The notes below the pieces were generated by a model. That model worked only from the letters and a program-made list of their open reading frames with translations, was not told where the DNA came from and did not search any database. Shown here one piece after another: positions 40,201-52,305 of a stretch of DNA of 64,000 nt (its first letter is position 1; each line of letters opens with the position of its first letter). The stretch is from NCBI RefSeq assembly GCF_000150275.1, contig NW_002060950.1, forward strand, positions 1,724,106-1,788,105, read 5' to 3'. The position numbers were made by a program, and so were the translations under genes. This stretch comes from Trichoplax adhaerens. Its lineage: Eukaryota > Animalia > Placozoa.

Positions 40201-42583
40201 GTATGTTGAATCATTTTGTAGCAGTAAATCGATAACAAATACATACTATGAGCAATTAAATTCTATTAGATAGCTTGATTGAAGAAATGCTACTCGGTAT
40301 TAGTTGACCAATTTTACATAAGTTTTCAAGGAAAAAGTAAAATTGTGTTATTCTACATTTCTTCTTTCCATATCGTAAACCTGCACTATTATCTCTCATT
40401 TTGTATCATCTTATAGCAAATAGACCATCTTCAAAATGAACTAGCAGCTTATAGACAACAAATTGTTAGCAAAGATGGCGCTGTTAAAATACTTCATAGC
40501 CAAGTATGTATGTAGCCTGTCACAGTTTTCGCGTACGAAATACTAAGAGCTAATCGATTCTAAATCGAAATCAGTACAATATCATTGTCTAGTAATTATA
40601 TGAGAATTGACTATTGTAATCTGCTAAAGGCTGTACTTGCTGAAGCAAGACAACAGCAAATTACTGCACAAGAGAGAGAAATGATTAAAAAATTGAAGGA
40701 GGTCAGCATCAAATGCAATCGATAGAATAACCATATTTTTAACGCTTCATTCATTTATACCATACTTCTCTTACTTGATCCATTAAGCAATAAAACCTTT
40801 TCTTTTATTCAATTACTATACGAAAACAATAATATTTTTAATAGGAAAATGGAGCTCTTAAATGGGAGATGGAGTTAAAAGAAAAGCAAATTATGAATAG
40901 TGAAGCAGTTTGGTCAGAAAGATTCAATAGGTAAACTATAATCGCTATTGCGTATATAGCAAAATTTTTACTGCTTTCATTACTACTTATTTATCGTATA
41001 AATCAATAATATGCGTACATAGATTGAATATAAGATTTTGCTATTAATATATAATAAAATTGGTTAGGAATCGCCGTAATAATTCCGATCGTAATATTAT
41101 TTCATACTACAAATTATTTTTCCACCTATTATAACAATTTAGAAATAGTAAATGTTGTTTTCGCCCAATTATTTATAGAGTAACAACAGAAAACAAGGCT
41201 CTTTTAGCTACATTGGAGTCCCGCTCACAAGAATTAAAACGTTTATACGCTGAGAAACTAGGTAATGTTTATGGAATTGCATAAGATTGATTTTAATCAT
41301 TGGTTTTTGCTATATCTTCGAGAACATTCAATGCTGTACTGTAATCTTACTAATTATTTTTGTCTTGAGATTTAATAGTTTTGATCGCAAGTGTACTGAC
41401 TAATTTAAATCGTTTTTGTTATGTATTTTAACTATATGATAACTAATAGTAATTAAAATAGAATTTAAATATAATTAGTGAATATGACGTCCGTAAAGTG
41501 CAAGTAACACTTAATTTATCATTCATGTAATATTAGCAATAGCTAGAGAAAAAGATTTACTTGCCTCCAGTATTAAAATTCAAAATAAAGTTAATGCTAG
41601 CGATGAAGAGACAGATTTATCAGAAGAATTTAATAAAGATACTACTTCAGATGAGGTAAGATATATCATTTGTGATACCAGACTGATAATATATTACTTC
41701 AGTTATTTTCATAGCACTAATTATAAATTAAATATTTTAATATTTTTCTTTTGGATATCAGCTTGTTATACTTGGTGCCTGCCATTGTTTAGGTGAAAAT
41801 GAAACTTGTATTTGTGCCAAGGCTGCTGCTATTACAAAGAGAGATAACGTTAATCTTAGAAAGAGAGTAAGCGGATAATTCTACAAGTTCTCACTTCTAT
41901 ATTCTTTCTTTTATATCAGGGCAAGAAGATTATTATTGTCGATATTTTTATAAGACTTGAGGCTAATATTTATTCAATTATCTTAATATTAATAATTCAT
42001 AGATAAAAAAGATATCTAAATCAAATAGTGAATTGATGCAAACGGCTGATGCTTATCGTAAAACCTTTGAAGAACAACTTAATCAAAATACAACCTTGAT
42101 GCTATCTATTGAAATGATGCGAAAAGATATTACATTTAATAGTAGTAATGTTAAATCATCGTTAAAAAATAAAAACGATGGAAAGAGACGTGGATCTACT
42201 GACGATAACTATTATAAATCGAATAAAAATATGGATAAAAGGCATAACTTGGAAGAAGCAAATCTAAAGATAGCCAAGCTACGAGAATTGGTAATTAACT
42301 TGATGGACATAAAATGCATTAACTACTAAATTAGAATGTTACAATATATTCTTGCTGAGATTAGAACTTTAAGTAACATTATGCTTATGTACTTATTTGC
42401 AAATATCATTAGATAGTTTCATTTGATAAGTCTTTTATTATTCATTTATTTGTATTACACTTTTAGTTAAATGATAGAGAAGAGGCGTTAGCACACCAAA
42501 AGCTTGCAGCTCGAATTTTAGCTAAGAGAACTAAAGAATTAGAAGGGACGATAGAAAAATTACAATTGAATAGTCAGGAATAG
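37211..42583 (+). CDS. CCDC125: Coiled-coil domain-containing protein 125-like
   Basis: N-terminal acidic stretch plus GDLGLGMGLKPG. Later exons give LVILGACHCLGENETCICAKAAA, ADAYRKTFEEQL and LNDREEALAHQKLAARILA, ending TAG 42581-42583. These correspond to recalled CCDC125 motifs. Confidence 0.78.
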
Positions 42584-43751
42584 TAGTTTCTATTATTTCA
42601 CTACTATCGTACGTTTTATCAAGAATAAGTACAGATATCCTCTTCAAGTAATACCTTTCGAAATCGAGGTATTTACAATTTGCATAAAAGCATTATTTCA
42701 ACGTGCTTAGTTTATTTTATGTTATGCATGAAGAGAAACAATCTCAAGTAGACTGTGGTAATCTAGTATAAGGCTAGGTTAAATATATATATATATATAT
42801 AATTGATTTTTATGGTATCAGTTAGTATGTTATAGCTAGGACAGCAGCATAGAGAAAATGTGGTTGCTTTCCTGCTTGTATATTTTGTAATATATAGCTA
42901 TCTACTTTATAATATCACTGTTTGTGATAGATAGGTCAAATTGATTTTTTGAATTATTTATTTATTTACTAATGAATTAAAAATATTCATCCATGGTAAT
43001 GATATGATGATAATAACATAATGGTCTTCTATTGCTAACATTAAATCTAAATAGAATTGCTTGTAATTTTGCTTACCTTCCAACGCTTATTATATACATT
43101 CGCGTGATCACAGTTATGTTAATATAGGATGCAACACATACATTCTTCTAAAGCATTATTTATAATATTGTTTTATTTCTGCATTATCAATTAGCTCAAC
43201 ATACAATGTTCTAAGGTATACAATGTATTTCATTCTGTGATTTTGCATCTGTATTTTATAGCACTGAAATCAGATGTGTTACATGAAGAAGTTAATTAAA
43301 GATATTCCGTTCATATACAGTAGATGTTACTTTAAATCAGTCTGTTATGCTAGTAAAAATACTTACTATCATATAGTATCGCGTTTGGCTTGAGCATTCA
43401 ACTTATAGATTTTATAAAATGCAATCTATTTTGCTAAATAAAGAATTCCTCTTTGGTATTTTAAAATGAGCGAAAGTTGCATTCCTTTATACATTTTTAT
43501 CTAGAATAGAATTGGGAACTTGAGCTAGTCTTAAAGGGTACGTCTATCGGAATAATTATTGGATAGGCATGAAAACAGAATCATTGGCATTTCGTGAGCT
43601 CATGCATAGCTTATTATGCCACCTATTAAATATTTAATAGTGTAGAATAGTATTTCACTGTCATGATAAAGAAAGCGTCCATTAAATTTGTATAAAATAA
43701 CATAGGAAAGCATAGGTGGTGATCATACCAAGATACACAGTGAAAGCATTA

Positions 43752-44960
43752 TTAATAATTTTTATACGGTAAACTATCAAAAGGAGTCCATACTCCTTGA
43801 ATAGATGGAGAATCAGTATGCCACCATCTTTTCATCTTCTTTCTGGTTATTCCTGACGAATTACGCAGTTGCTCAACTTTATTGTTTATTTCCGCGCGTG
43901 ATAAATTTTTAACAGAAATGGCCTTATGTTTACCATTGACTGTAAATAATTAACGAGAGAAGACATCAACCTTGACATTGTAATTAGTAAAAAAGAAGTA
44001 CTACGAATAGCTTACTGTCTTAGTCCGATATATCGTATTTCTATTTTATTACAAGTAAAAACTGAATCGATATGCTTTACAGCAGACAATAGCAATAGAA
44101 TACTCTCTACTTGCATTATGCGCGTAAATGTCTCAATGACGGATGTTATACCTAAAGATACAGGATCTAAATGTAAAAGTCTACATTTTTACTACAATAG
44201 TCTACTCTATCTTGATCTATCATTTCCAACTTGGTGATTATAGCATAACTATTGGTCATTTTATGGTTGTGCAATTAAGATACCACTTACGAAATTCAGC
44301 AATGATTGAAGGATGTCTATAAGGTCTCGGTCGAACGTAGACAACTACTTGTGGATTTTTTTGGGCGAAATCGACCGCGTTGGAGTTGATATATTCTCTA
44401 AAATAGCAAATAGATTGACATTCATTCGATCAATGGAATATCGATATCAAATTTAATATTATTGATTGTAAAAGTTGTCAATCTAATGTACAGAGTGGTG
44501 GCTATTTTGACGAAGTTGTAGTAGTTTATAAATTGAATTCAATTATTATCCAATCATCCAAGTACAGGACCAAGCGTACAATCATTCATTTCGATTCATC
44601 TAGATTATATCAAGATACTGTACATCTTGAATGATTGTAGTCAATGGCTAAGAATTATAAGAGGAGGTCAAGCACTCTGCAATAAGTAATTTTATCCATG
44701 CTGTCTATCACTGCTGCCCATGCTGGCTTCTTGACCAGCTTGCAGCTTACCCATACTGGTGACACTATTTCGCTTTGCATGTGGATTTGCCAAATAAAAT
44801 AAGCCATACTCTGTATACAAAATCATTCTACAAGCTTGGATTACCTTAAGCCTCGACTACTTCCTCCTTTATTACAATAGCGAAGTGTTATGCGCTGAAG
44901 TTGGCAAATATAGCGACCTTTAACGAATTGAGTTAAGACAGTTAACCGTGTGGAAGCCAT
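43752..44960 (-). CDS. MRPL43: Mitochondrial ribosomal protein L43 (mL43), 3 exons: 44960-44845, 44397-44291, 43939-43752
   Basis: Manual splicing gives 136 aa in phase: MASTRL...[63 protein letters not shown]...[23 protein letters not shown]. Not present in the ORF track. Confidence 0.93.
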
Positions 44961-44976
44961 CTTGAAGGACGCGGAT

Positions 44977-45250
44977 ATACTGTACAGTGGAGCTGATCAC
45001 TGGCACGGTACAATTCGGTACAGTACTACAGTAGTTATTTACAATGACTTTTGCATCGTGTACTGTACCGTATTCTGGTCATTCGTTCGTGAAATTTTTG
45101 TAGTTGAAAGTGCAGTACAGTATAGTGTACAGCAAGTAGCCCATGGAACAGTTCACTGAGTTCAGTATAGTAGTGTACTGAACTCTACAGTACGTTTTCA
45201 CTTATTGACTGGCTTTACAGTACGTCGTGGCAGCATGGATACTGTACTCA
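44977..45250. promoter_or_regulatory. GTAC island immediately upstream of MRPL43
   Basis: TACTGTACAGT begins 17 bp from the ATG. Several GTAC words follow, plus the inverted repeat GAGTTCAGTA..TACTGAACTC. Confidence 0.45.
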
Positions 45251-45450
45251 CTTTTAAGAAAACGGATACAGACGGTAGGGATGACTGGATGGACGTAGTT
45301 AGCTTGCAGCAGAACTCATTTAGCTATACTGTACTTTAGGCTCACTTTGCTTGGAGAATCAGAAATCACGTTGATTGACTTTTTGCAATTAGTTTACTCT
45401 CCTGCACTGTATTGCACTAGGGACTTCACTGACTTTATACCATAGGCATT

Positions 45451-45668
45451 GAAGTAAAAGAAGGAAAAACCTGTTTCTTCTACTTCAAAGCTCGGTAAAC
45501 GATGCAAAATGAGGCCTAGTCCAATGCCCGGCACTCACCTTGACAGACTGCAGAATACATCGAGGTAAAAGAAGGAAAAACCTGTTTCTTCTACCTCAAA
45601 GCTCGGTAAACGATGCAAAATGAGGCTTAGTCCAATGCCGGCACTCATCTTGACAGACTGCAGAATAG
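45451..45668. repeat. Near-perfect tandem duplication of a ~111-bp hairpin-containing unit
   Basis: GARGTAAAAGAAGGAAAAACCTGTTTCTTCTACYTCAAAGCTCGGTAAACGATGCAAAATGAGGC...TTGACAGACTGCAGAATA starts at 45451 and 45562. Confidence 0.92.
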
Positions 45669-47875
45669 AGTACATTACACCTCAATTTTTTTTTTAATTC
45701 ATCTTCAAACGCATTTTTGCATCAAAATCATGGTAACTTCTAATAAAGACGCCATTTTAGCCAGTTTTGCATGCATTTACCATCAGCTCACTGATGGCTA
45801 AAATAGGATTATCTAATCTAGCCTTTTTTTCTATCTGGCTTGTCCTTTGGAAAGGCAAAACATGGATATCGAAATTATATGAGAACGCATAACAATTATC
45901 TCGAGTACGGTACAGTAGAATGTATAGTTATCAAATTATGCATTGCTCAAAAAATAACACAACATTGGGATTACATTTAGTAGTCCATGACTCGATGCAT
46001 CGCACCACTATTTTACTAATAGAAAATAGGAAATGATCCTATCTAATCTGATTCGATTGAATTGGGAATGACTGCTGATATTAGGTACGAGTATATCTAA
46101 TTTAATGAATAAGCTAACTTTACTGTTGAGTAAATAGAAGATAAATTGTAACGTACCGTCGGCAATCATAAGATATCCGACCAAAGACAACAACATCACT
46201 TTTATATACATAAAAATTGAATTTTTAATCAAATTTTAACGGAGTCAAAATTGATGCATACAGTACACAGTGTAGCACCGGGGATTAACTGAAGCCCGAT
46301 AATTACTAAATATAAGCATTTTAATATTATTTCTGGTAATTATTAACCTTCCTGAGTTAAGTCATAGAGTAACACGTAGTCCATAGTCTGCTATAATCAC
46401 AACTATACAACATACTAACATTTGAAAGCCTTCTTTTATATCATTCGTTAAGCCATAAAATGCTGACGATTACAATTACAACCAATACCATTACATCATT
46501 TGAGTAATATGGCGGCTTAATTTCTTACTGTTAATAATATCGTTTTTCATCATTTGCATTCAAAATAGATGAACACTAGCTTACCTGTAGCTTTTGATGA
46601 ATATACAATTATTATTATGATTACATATATACTCCACTTGCGCTGTACCGTAGAAAGGTATCATTGAAGGTGGTAAGTCTCGCTATAGGAAGCGAGCTTC
46701 TTTTCTCACTACGTACATTGATGTACATCACTTAGCAAATAAGGTTATCAGATATCGAAAGCGTGCATAAAAAAATCATAACAAATACGCTCAAGATGAC
46801 TTGACCCAACTAGCAACTAATGGACTGTACGCGTGATTTAATGTATAAAAAAGGACGTGCTCAACAGAATGATGTGCTATCGGCTGTGAATATGGTATCA
46901 AAATGGCAGCAACACAATAGAAGATCGTAAAAGCGCTTGGCGTCGATCGTATTGAATTAATTGGTAGATCAATCAAAAACTACTTTGTCTCAAGAAACTA
47001 TTTTCCTGTTATATTTTTAATAAAGCGTCACGAAACGTTAATGGCTTGAAATGATTAAACAATATACACGTGTAGACACGCTGATAATGTATTATCGAAC
47101 AGAGTCTTTCCAGTTGGGATTATGACTCTGACTTTTTTCTAGAGCATGAATATGTATCATTATGATATATGTCATAGAATTTTTCATCTGAAATTGACAT
47201 CGCTTACATAAACGTAACTACAAATTTCATCTTACAAAAAATGTGTGAAATACGCTTTCATCCTACAATTAACAATTGACAGCATTGATTTTAAATGTGG
47301 TAGCGACAAAGATGATAACAATAATATGTCAATCCTTCTTTTCTGCAATAATATGTAGTAGTTGTGTGGCACTAGAAACAGCATTACGTGATTGATAATG
47401 GGTAGAAAACAGTTTAGAAACTGAGTGATTGAATTCCCTTCAATATACAGTACAGTGTAAATGTGCTATCTAAAGGCAATGATTAAAAACGTTCTTTTAA
47501 ATGTAATGACTACCTAAATGGAAGCAATCGATTGACTGTAGGTGAAACAGTAAAAATTTACATAATTTCTAAACGTTAAACAATTACTGTATCGCATCTT
47601 TCCAATTTAAATCGAGAACGGATGGTTAAAACTGAATTTTAAGTAAATACTTGTATGACATAGATGTAAATTCTAACTGCTGCAGTGAAGAATGATAGAA
47701 TATTGATACTGCCTTTTAAAAGTACAAATTAAATCCAAGACCATAGTATGATTTGATATGAAAGATAAATTCATTCAATGGGTATGATTACAATTGATAA
47801 CCATACCAATGGGTTGCCAATTCCATACAGTTGGTATAGCGAGAATGTTTGCAGCCTAATTTCAATTATTTCAAT

Positions 47876-50617
47876 CTAATAATTTTGTGGAGAGACAAAA
47901 TTTGAAGCTTGTTTTTTGTATTCTTTATCGAGATAACCTTTTATCAATTTATCTGCATAATGAGCTGCATCATTTGTCCCCGTAACGGTAACTTCGCGAT
48001 CTTTAGTGCCTGGAATGTAATCTCCTCGCTGTGATACTTGAATATGTGCACCGCTAATATTTTGTATATCAGAGATAACTTTGCCTCTTTTACCCAATAT
48101 CGCTCCAATGATACTATCAGGAACAGGAATTTTAATGACCGTTTCACCGTAACTGCTAGGTCGATTATTTCTAGCAGTGGGAGGATAGGATTGCATTCCA
48201 TATTGACGATCAGCCTGCGCATCTTGTGTAACTTGAGTTGGCGAGTATCTTTCACTGGTGTAAGGGTCATAGCTAGCTGCACTCGAGTCCATCGGTCTAT
48301 CATTTGCGTTACCACCACCATAGTAGTTACTATGGAGGGCAGGAAGAGTACCCGCTGGTTCTACGTGGCTATACGATACTGATGTATTTGGCAAATTGTT
48401 GATGTCTTCTAGGCATTTCCAAATAATTAATTCCCAAGCAGTTAATCTCTCATTAAATTCACCAGTGACGGTTAAAATCCTTTCATCAATGGCATATTGT
48501 GCTTTTTTTTGGGATACTTGGACGTGCGCGCCACTTTTATCTTGTATTTCTTTGATATTAGATCCACCTTTGCCAATAATGACACCAGCAGCAGCGTTGG
48601 GTACAATCATTTTTAACTGCCTATTACGATTCTTATCAAGTACACCGTACTGAATTGCTTTATCAGCTTTACCTTCTTCACTGACTTTCTCTAAAATGAA
48701 TCGATTTACTTGGCGTACGCCAGCAATACTACCAGTTATAACAATGACACGTTCCTTGGTGCCAGGAAAAGTGTCATTATTATGCGATAAACGAATCCTA
48801 GTTTTGGAATCGTTTTGCAAGTCATTAATAACATCTCCACCTTTTCCTATGATCGAGCCAGCAGCGTAATTGGGGATCAGTAATTTCAGCACGACTTTAT
48901 CTCCGCTGCTATTGTCTTTTATAATTTCAGTATGTCGACGTTGGCAGGATATGTTCATGATATAAAAGAAGATAATACCGCTTGATTAAATGGCATGCAC
49001 CGCTATATTTATATATACTCATATGTAAATGTGTTTTCATAATGTCAATAGTATTCCGTTTATCTATGATTGATCTATCTATACACAGTATCTTGCCCTA
49101 TTTTATGGATTGCTATGAATAAATTCACAAGAATTCATCTCGCTAAACCGTGAAAAGCTACAATTGTATCAAATACGGTGTTGATCATATTGCCCCTTAT
49201 AGTTAAAAGACAGCAAAGGCAAATTTACTGCAGTTTACTCCATCACAAGAGAATGAACAGTAAGTTACTATACTTGTGTCCATGATTGGCGTCAATTACT
49301 CACTGTAACTATTATGTCTAACATATCGTCCATCTAGGTAGTTCACCATAGTGATTTGCAAAGGTATGGCACCTGGCATTTAAGGGTACAACTTGTAAAT
49401 TGCGAAATACGTACTGTAGTGGCGTACTCTAAGTATTAGCATCACGCTTAGCCTAATTCGACACCAAATTGGCAAATAACAGAGTCCACATACAAAAGAG
49501 TAGCAATATCAGGGTATCTTGGAACTGGAATTTAACTTTTCAATCATCACTAGCACGCTATCTAAATTATGCATGAACATCACGCTTAGTTTCCTTCTAT
49601 ACTAAATTGGCGATAGCCATTCCACAGTCAACCTAGAAAGGGGTAGAAATGCCAAGTAACGTTGCAACTCCAATATTATTTTTTTTCAATCATCACTAAT
49701 ACGCTATCTGAATTATACAGTATGGAACGAATAGAAGAATCATTAGGATCGAGGTTAGCATTATAGTACAGGTGTATTTAGCACACTTCATTAGACTTTA
49801 TCATTCTGTCCACTAGAGTATAAAATGGTGACAGCCACTACAAATTGCAATAAATAAAATGGTTCGATGTTCACTTTTAACGTTGCCTATCATTCCAATT
49901 TCCAAGCCTAAGATTGGCAATCCCTACACTATGGCGCGTATTGGGCTAACGATCATGGGTACCGATCGATACAGATCAAGTTGAGTCTATCAGCTTGAAG
50001 GATCGACAATACTTGTAGCATTTGCTAGCTGTAGCAGACACAAGATTGAATCAACTTCAGCTTCAAGTATCTTCATAGCAAACTGTCCTCCAGTTGCAAC
50101 GACATGTCATGAAAATCATGGAGAATCCGACCTCCATGATGAAGAAATTCTTCTTCTAGCCTTCCTGTAGACTACTCAAAGTGTCTTTGGTCTCTTTGCA
50201 GTCATTAGTCTATGGCCTACTAGGGTATATGTACAAGGGCTGAGCCATTTTGATGATTGTGGTGTTGACAGCATGGTGACTCGACTTCGACATTGAACTT
50301 CAACGCAGCTCATTCTTTCCAGTGTACGTACCGTACTGAGTGTCAGTCATCTACTGACCAACTCTATAGACACAAGGATCATGTGCTATTTTCAGTCCTA
50401 CTGTACTGTGATGACGACTCTTGTCGATGGATATAAAGTAATGCTGAAGAAGACGTCAAAAAACGTTCCTATCTGTACAAAATTGCTTCTAAAATCCAAA
50501 GTACTTCAATGACTTACCATACTCTTGTTCTAAACGATTCTTTTTGGTAATCGCTTGGCCGTCATCGTATTCATTGAACCTTTTTTGCACACGAAATGTA
50601 GCCTCTTCTTCCGCCAT
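47876..50617 (-). CDS. NOVA: NOVA/pasilla-family KH-domain RNA-binding splicing regulator (3 KH domains)
   Basis: Exon 1 (50617-50518) is MAEEE...KKNRLEQEY followed by a GTAAGT donor. The large exon 2 (~48915-47876) carries LKLLIPNYAAGSIIGKGG, FPGTKERV, VPNAAAGVIIGKGG, GAILGKRG and GAHIQVSQRGDYIPGTKDREVTVTG, which are NOVA-specific KH1-3 signatures. Confidence 0.9.
49441..49716. repeat. Old diverged tandem duplication (~140 bp) in the NOVA intron
   Basis: ATCACGCTTAG...AAATTGGC...TCCACA...TTTTCAATCATCACTA..ACGCTATCT.AATTAT starts at 49441 and 49579. Confidence 0.7.
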
Positions 50618-50774
50618 ACTTGTAGGAGATGTACTGACAAGCCAACTGCGCAGTACTGTAGCAACCGACACTCTTTTTGAAAGACCTACTCTAGGTGATG
50701 GTATAGTGATCGAGTTACACTCGGTGTTTGTACACGTTAATGGTCGATTTTCCCGCTAACCCTCACCACCGAGT

Positions 50775-51313
50775 GGTCTTGACTACATGATCAAGTTACG
50801 GACCACAGACTGTCTACGGAGGCACAGTACTGTACAGTACATGTACGTGCTTACTGTACAGTACACTGTACTGTACGGTCGTGATTACAGGATCAAGTTA
50901 CGGACCACAGACTGTCTACGGAGGTACTGTACAGTACCGTAATTAGAAAGCCAGAAAGTACTGTACAGTGTACGGTCGATTCTCAGTCACCTGGTCTTGA
51001 CTACAGGATCAAGTTACGGACCACAGACTACAGTATCTACGGAGGTACAGTATACTGTACTGTACTCAGTGTACTGTACAGTACTGTACAGTACAGTACA
51101 GCACCGTAATAAGAAAGCCAGAAAGTACTGTACTGTACAGTCGATTCTCAGTCACCTGGTCGTGACTACAGTATTCGGACTGTAGACGTGTACTGTACAC
51201 TGTACAGTACGTACTGTACACTGTACAGTACGTACTGTACACTGTACAGTACGTACTGTATGAAGCCTGATGGTCATTGTTATTGCAGTGCCAGGCCAAA
51301 AAAAATACAGTAC
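50775..51313. repeat. Repeat array and GTAC island between divergent NOVA and RGS12
   Basis: A ~48-bp unit GGTCxTGAxTACAxGATCAAGTTACGGACCACAGACT(...)TCTACGGAGG occurs at ~50775, 50877 and 50993, with a partial copy at ~51158. The units are separated by GTAC-rich spacers and followed by (TACTGTACACTGTACAGTACG)x3 at ~51191-51253. Confidence 0.85.
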
Positions 51314-52305
51314 ACAATATGGTCCTAGGGATTGCACCCGGGCAACTTTTATATTGATGCTATGGTCATGAGTGAGTGCATCCATCCACGGCAGATTCGA
51401 GCGTCGATTCACGTGACTTGGAACAGTGTGACGTCATCATCGATGCAACGGTTTTCAAAATATAAATTGAATTATTGTTGATGCTGGCGATCAAGAATTC
51501 CATTCCATCGCAAATCGACTCTATCAATCATTATACAATTAGTGATCTCTTACTTCCCCTTGATAGCAGGTAAATTCTATTGCCATAGTTATAGCATGCT
51601 GTTGTTGATGTGAATATCGTGTTCATTGTAAGGCTTAGATTGATCGTTAGTTGATGCTAGAGTGTCATTTCATTTATTGGCTGTTTTACGTAATATTGAA
51701 TGTTTGCCAATTTTGGGGGTTTAACCGGAATGGATCCCTTTCCAACTCTACTCTGATCTACGTTCCGCATGCAAATACGGTCGATCGTTGACAGATATCA
51801 GGAAATAGTATACGAATTGGATAATAGCTGTATGATTTTTGATCATTTCTATCTTTTTATCAATATGGATGTAGTATTCTTAATCGATATAGTATACATT
51901 ACGCATTTATCGAATTTGCACACAGTTTACACAACCGTTGCCATTTGCAAATACTGTATTCGTACTAAAGTCGGGTAGTGATTGGCCATAATTCAGGTAC
52001 TCTACAGTGGACTAATCGATTCCTATTTCACAAAGTCGATTGCAATTGTTTACCGTGTCTCTTCCTTTTTAAAATCATGTGAACCTTTAATGTACTCACG
52101 ATGAGTAGTAAACTGCATAGTTAGTGTCCTCAAGCTATTCACCGCTGCACACCTATCTATTCATTATTATAGGCATATTAATACACAAACTAAATACAGT
52201 AAAATAATAAATTCATCTTTTTTTCCAGGTGCTGAAGTAAACGTCACATGTTTAAAACCTAAAACCACAGTACTTTGCAAACTGCTACATAAATAGTTGT
52301 TCATC

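Noticed and set aside
47944-48653. Overlapping alternative-frame and antisense ORFs inside NOVA
   Set aside because: By-products of the long NOVA exon with no recognisable motifs.
50775-51170. CRISPR array
   Set aside because: Eukaryotic intron-rich context, no cas genes, and spacers that are variable in length, low in complexity and similar to each other.
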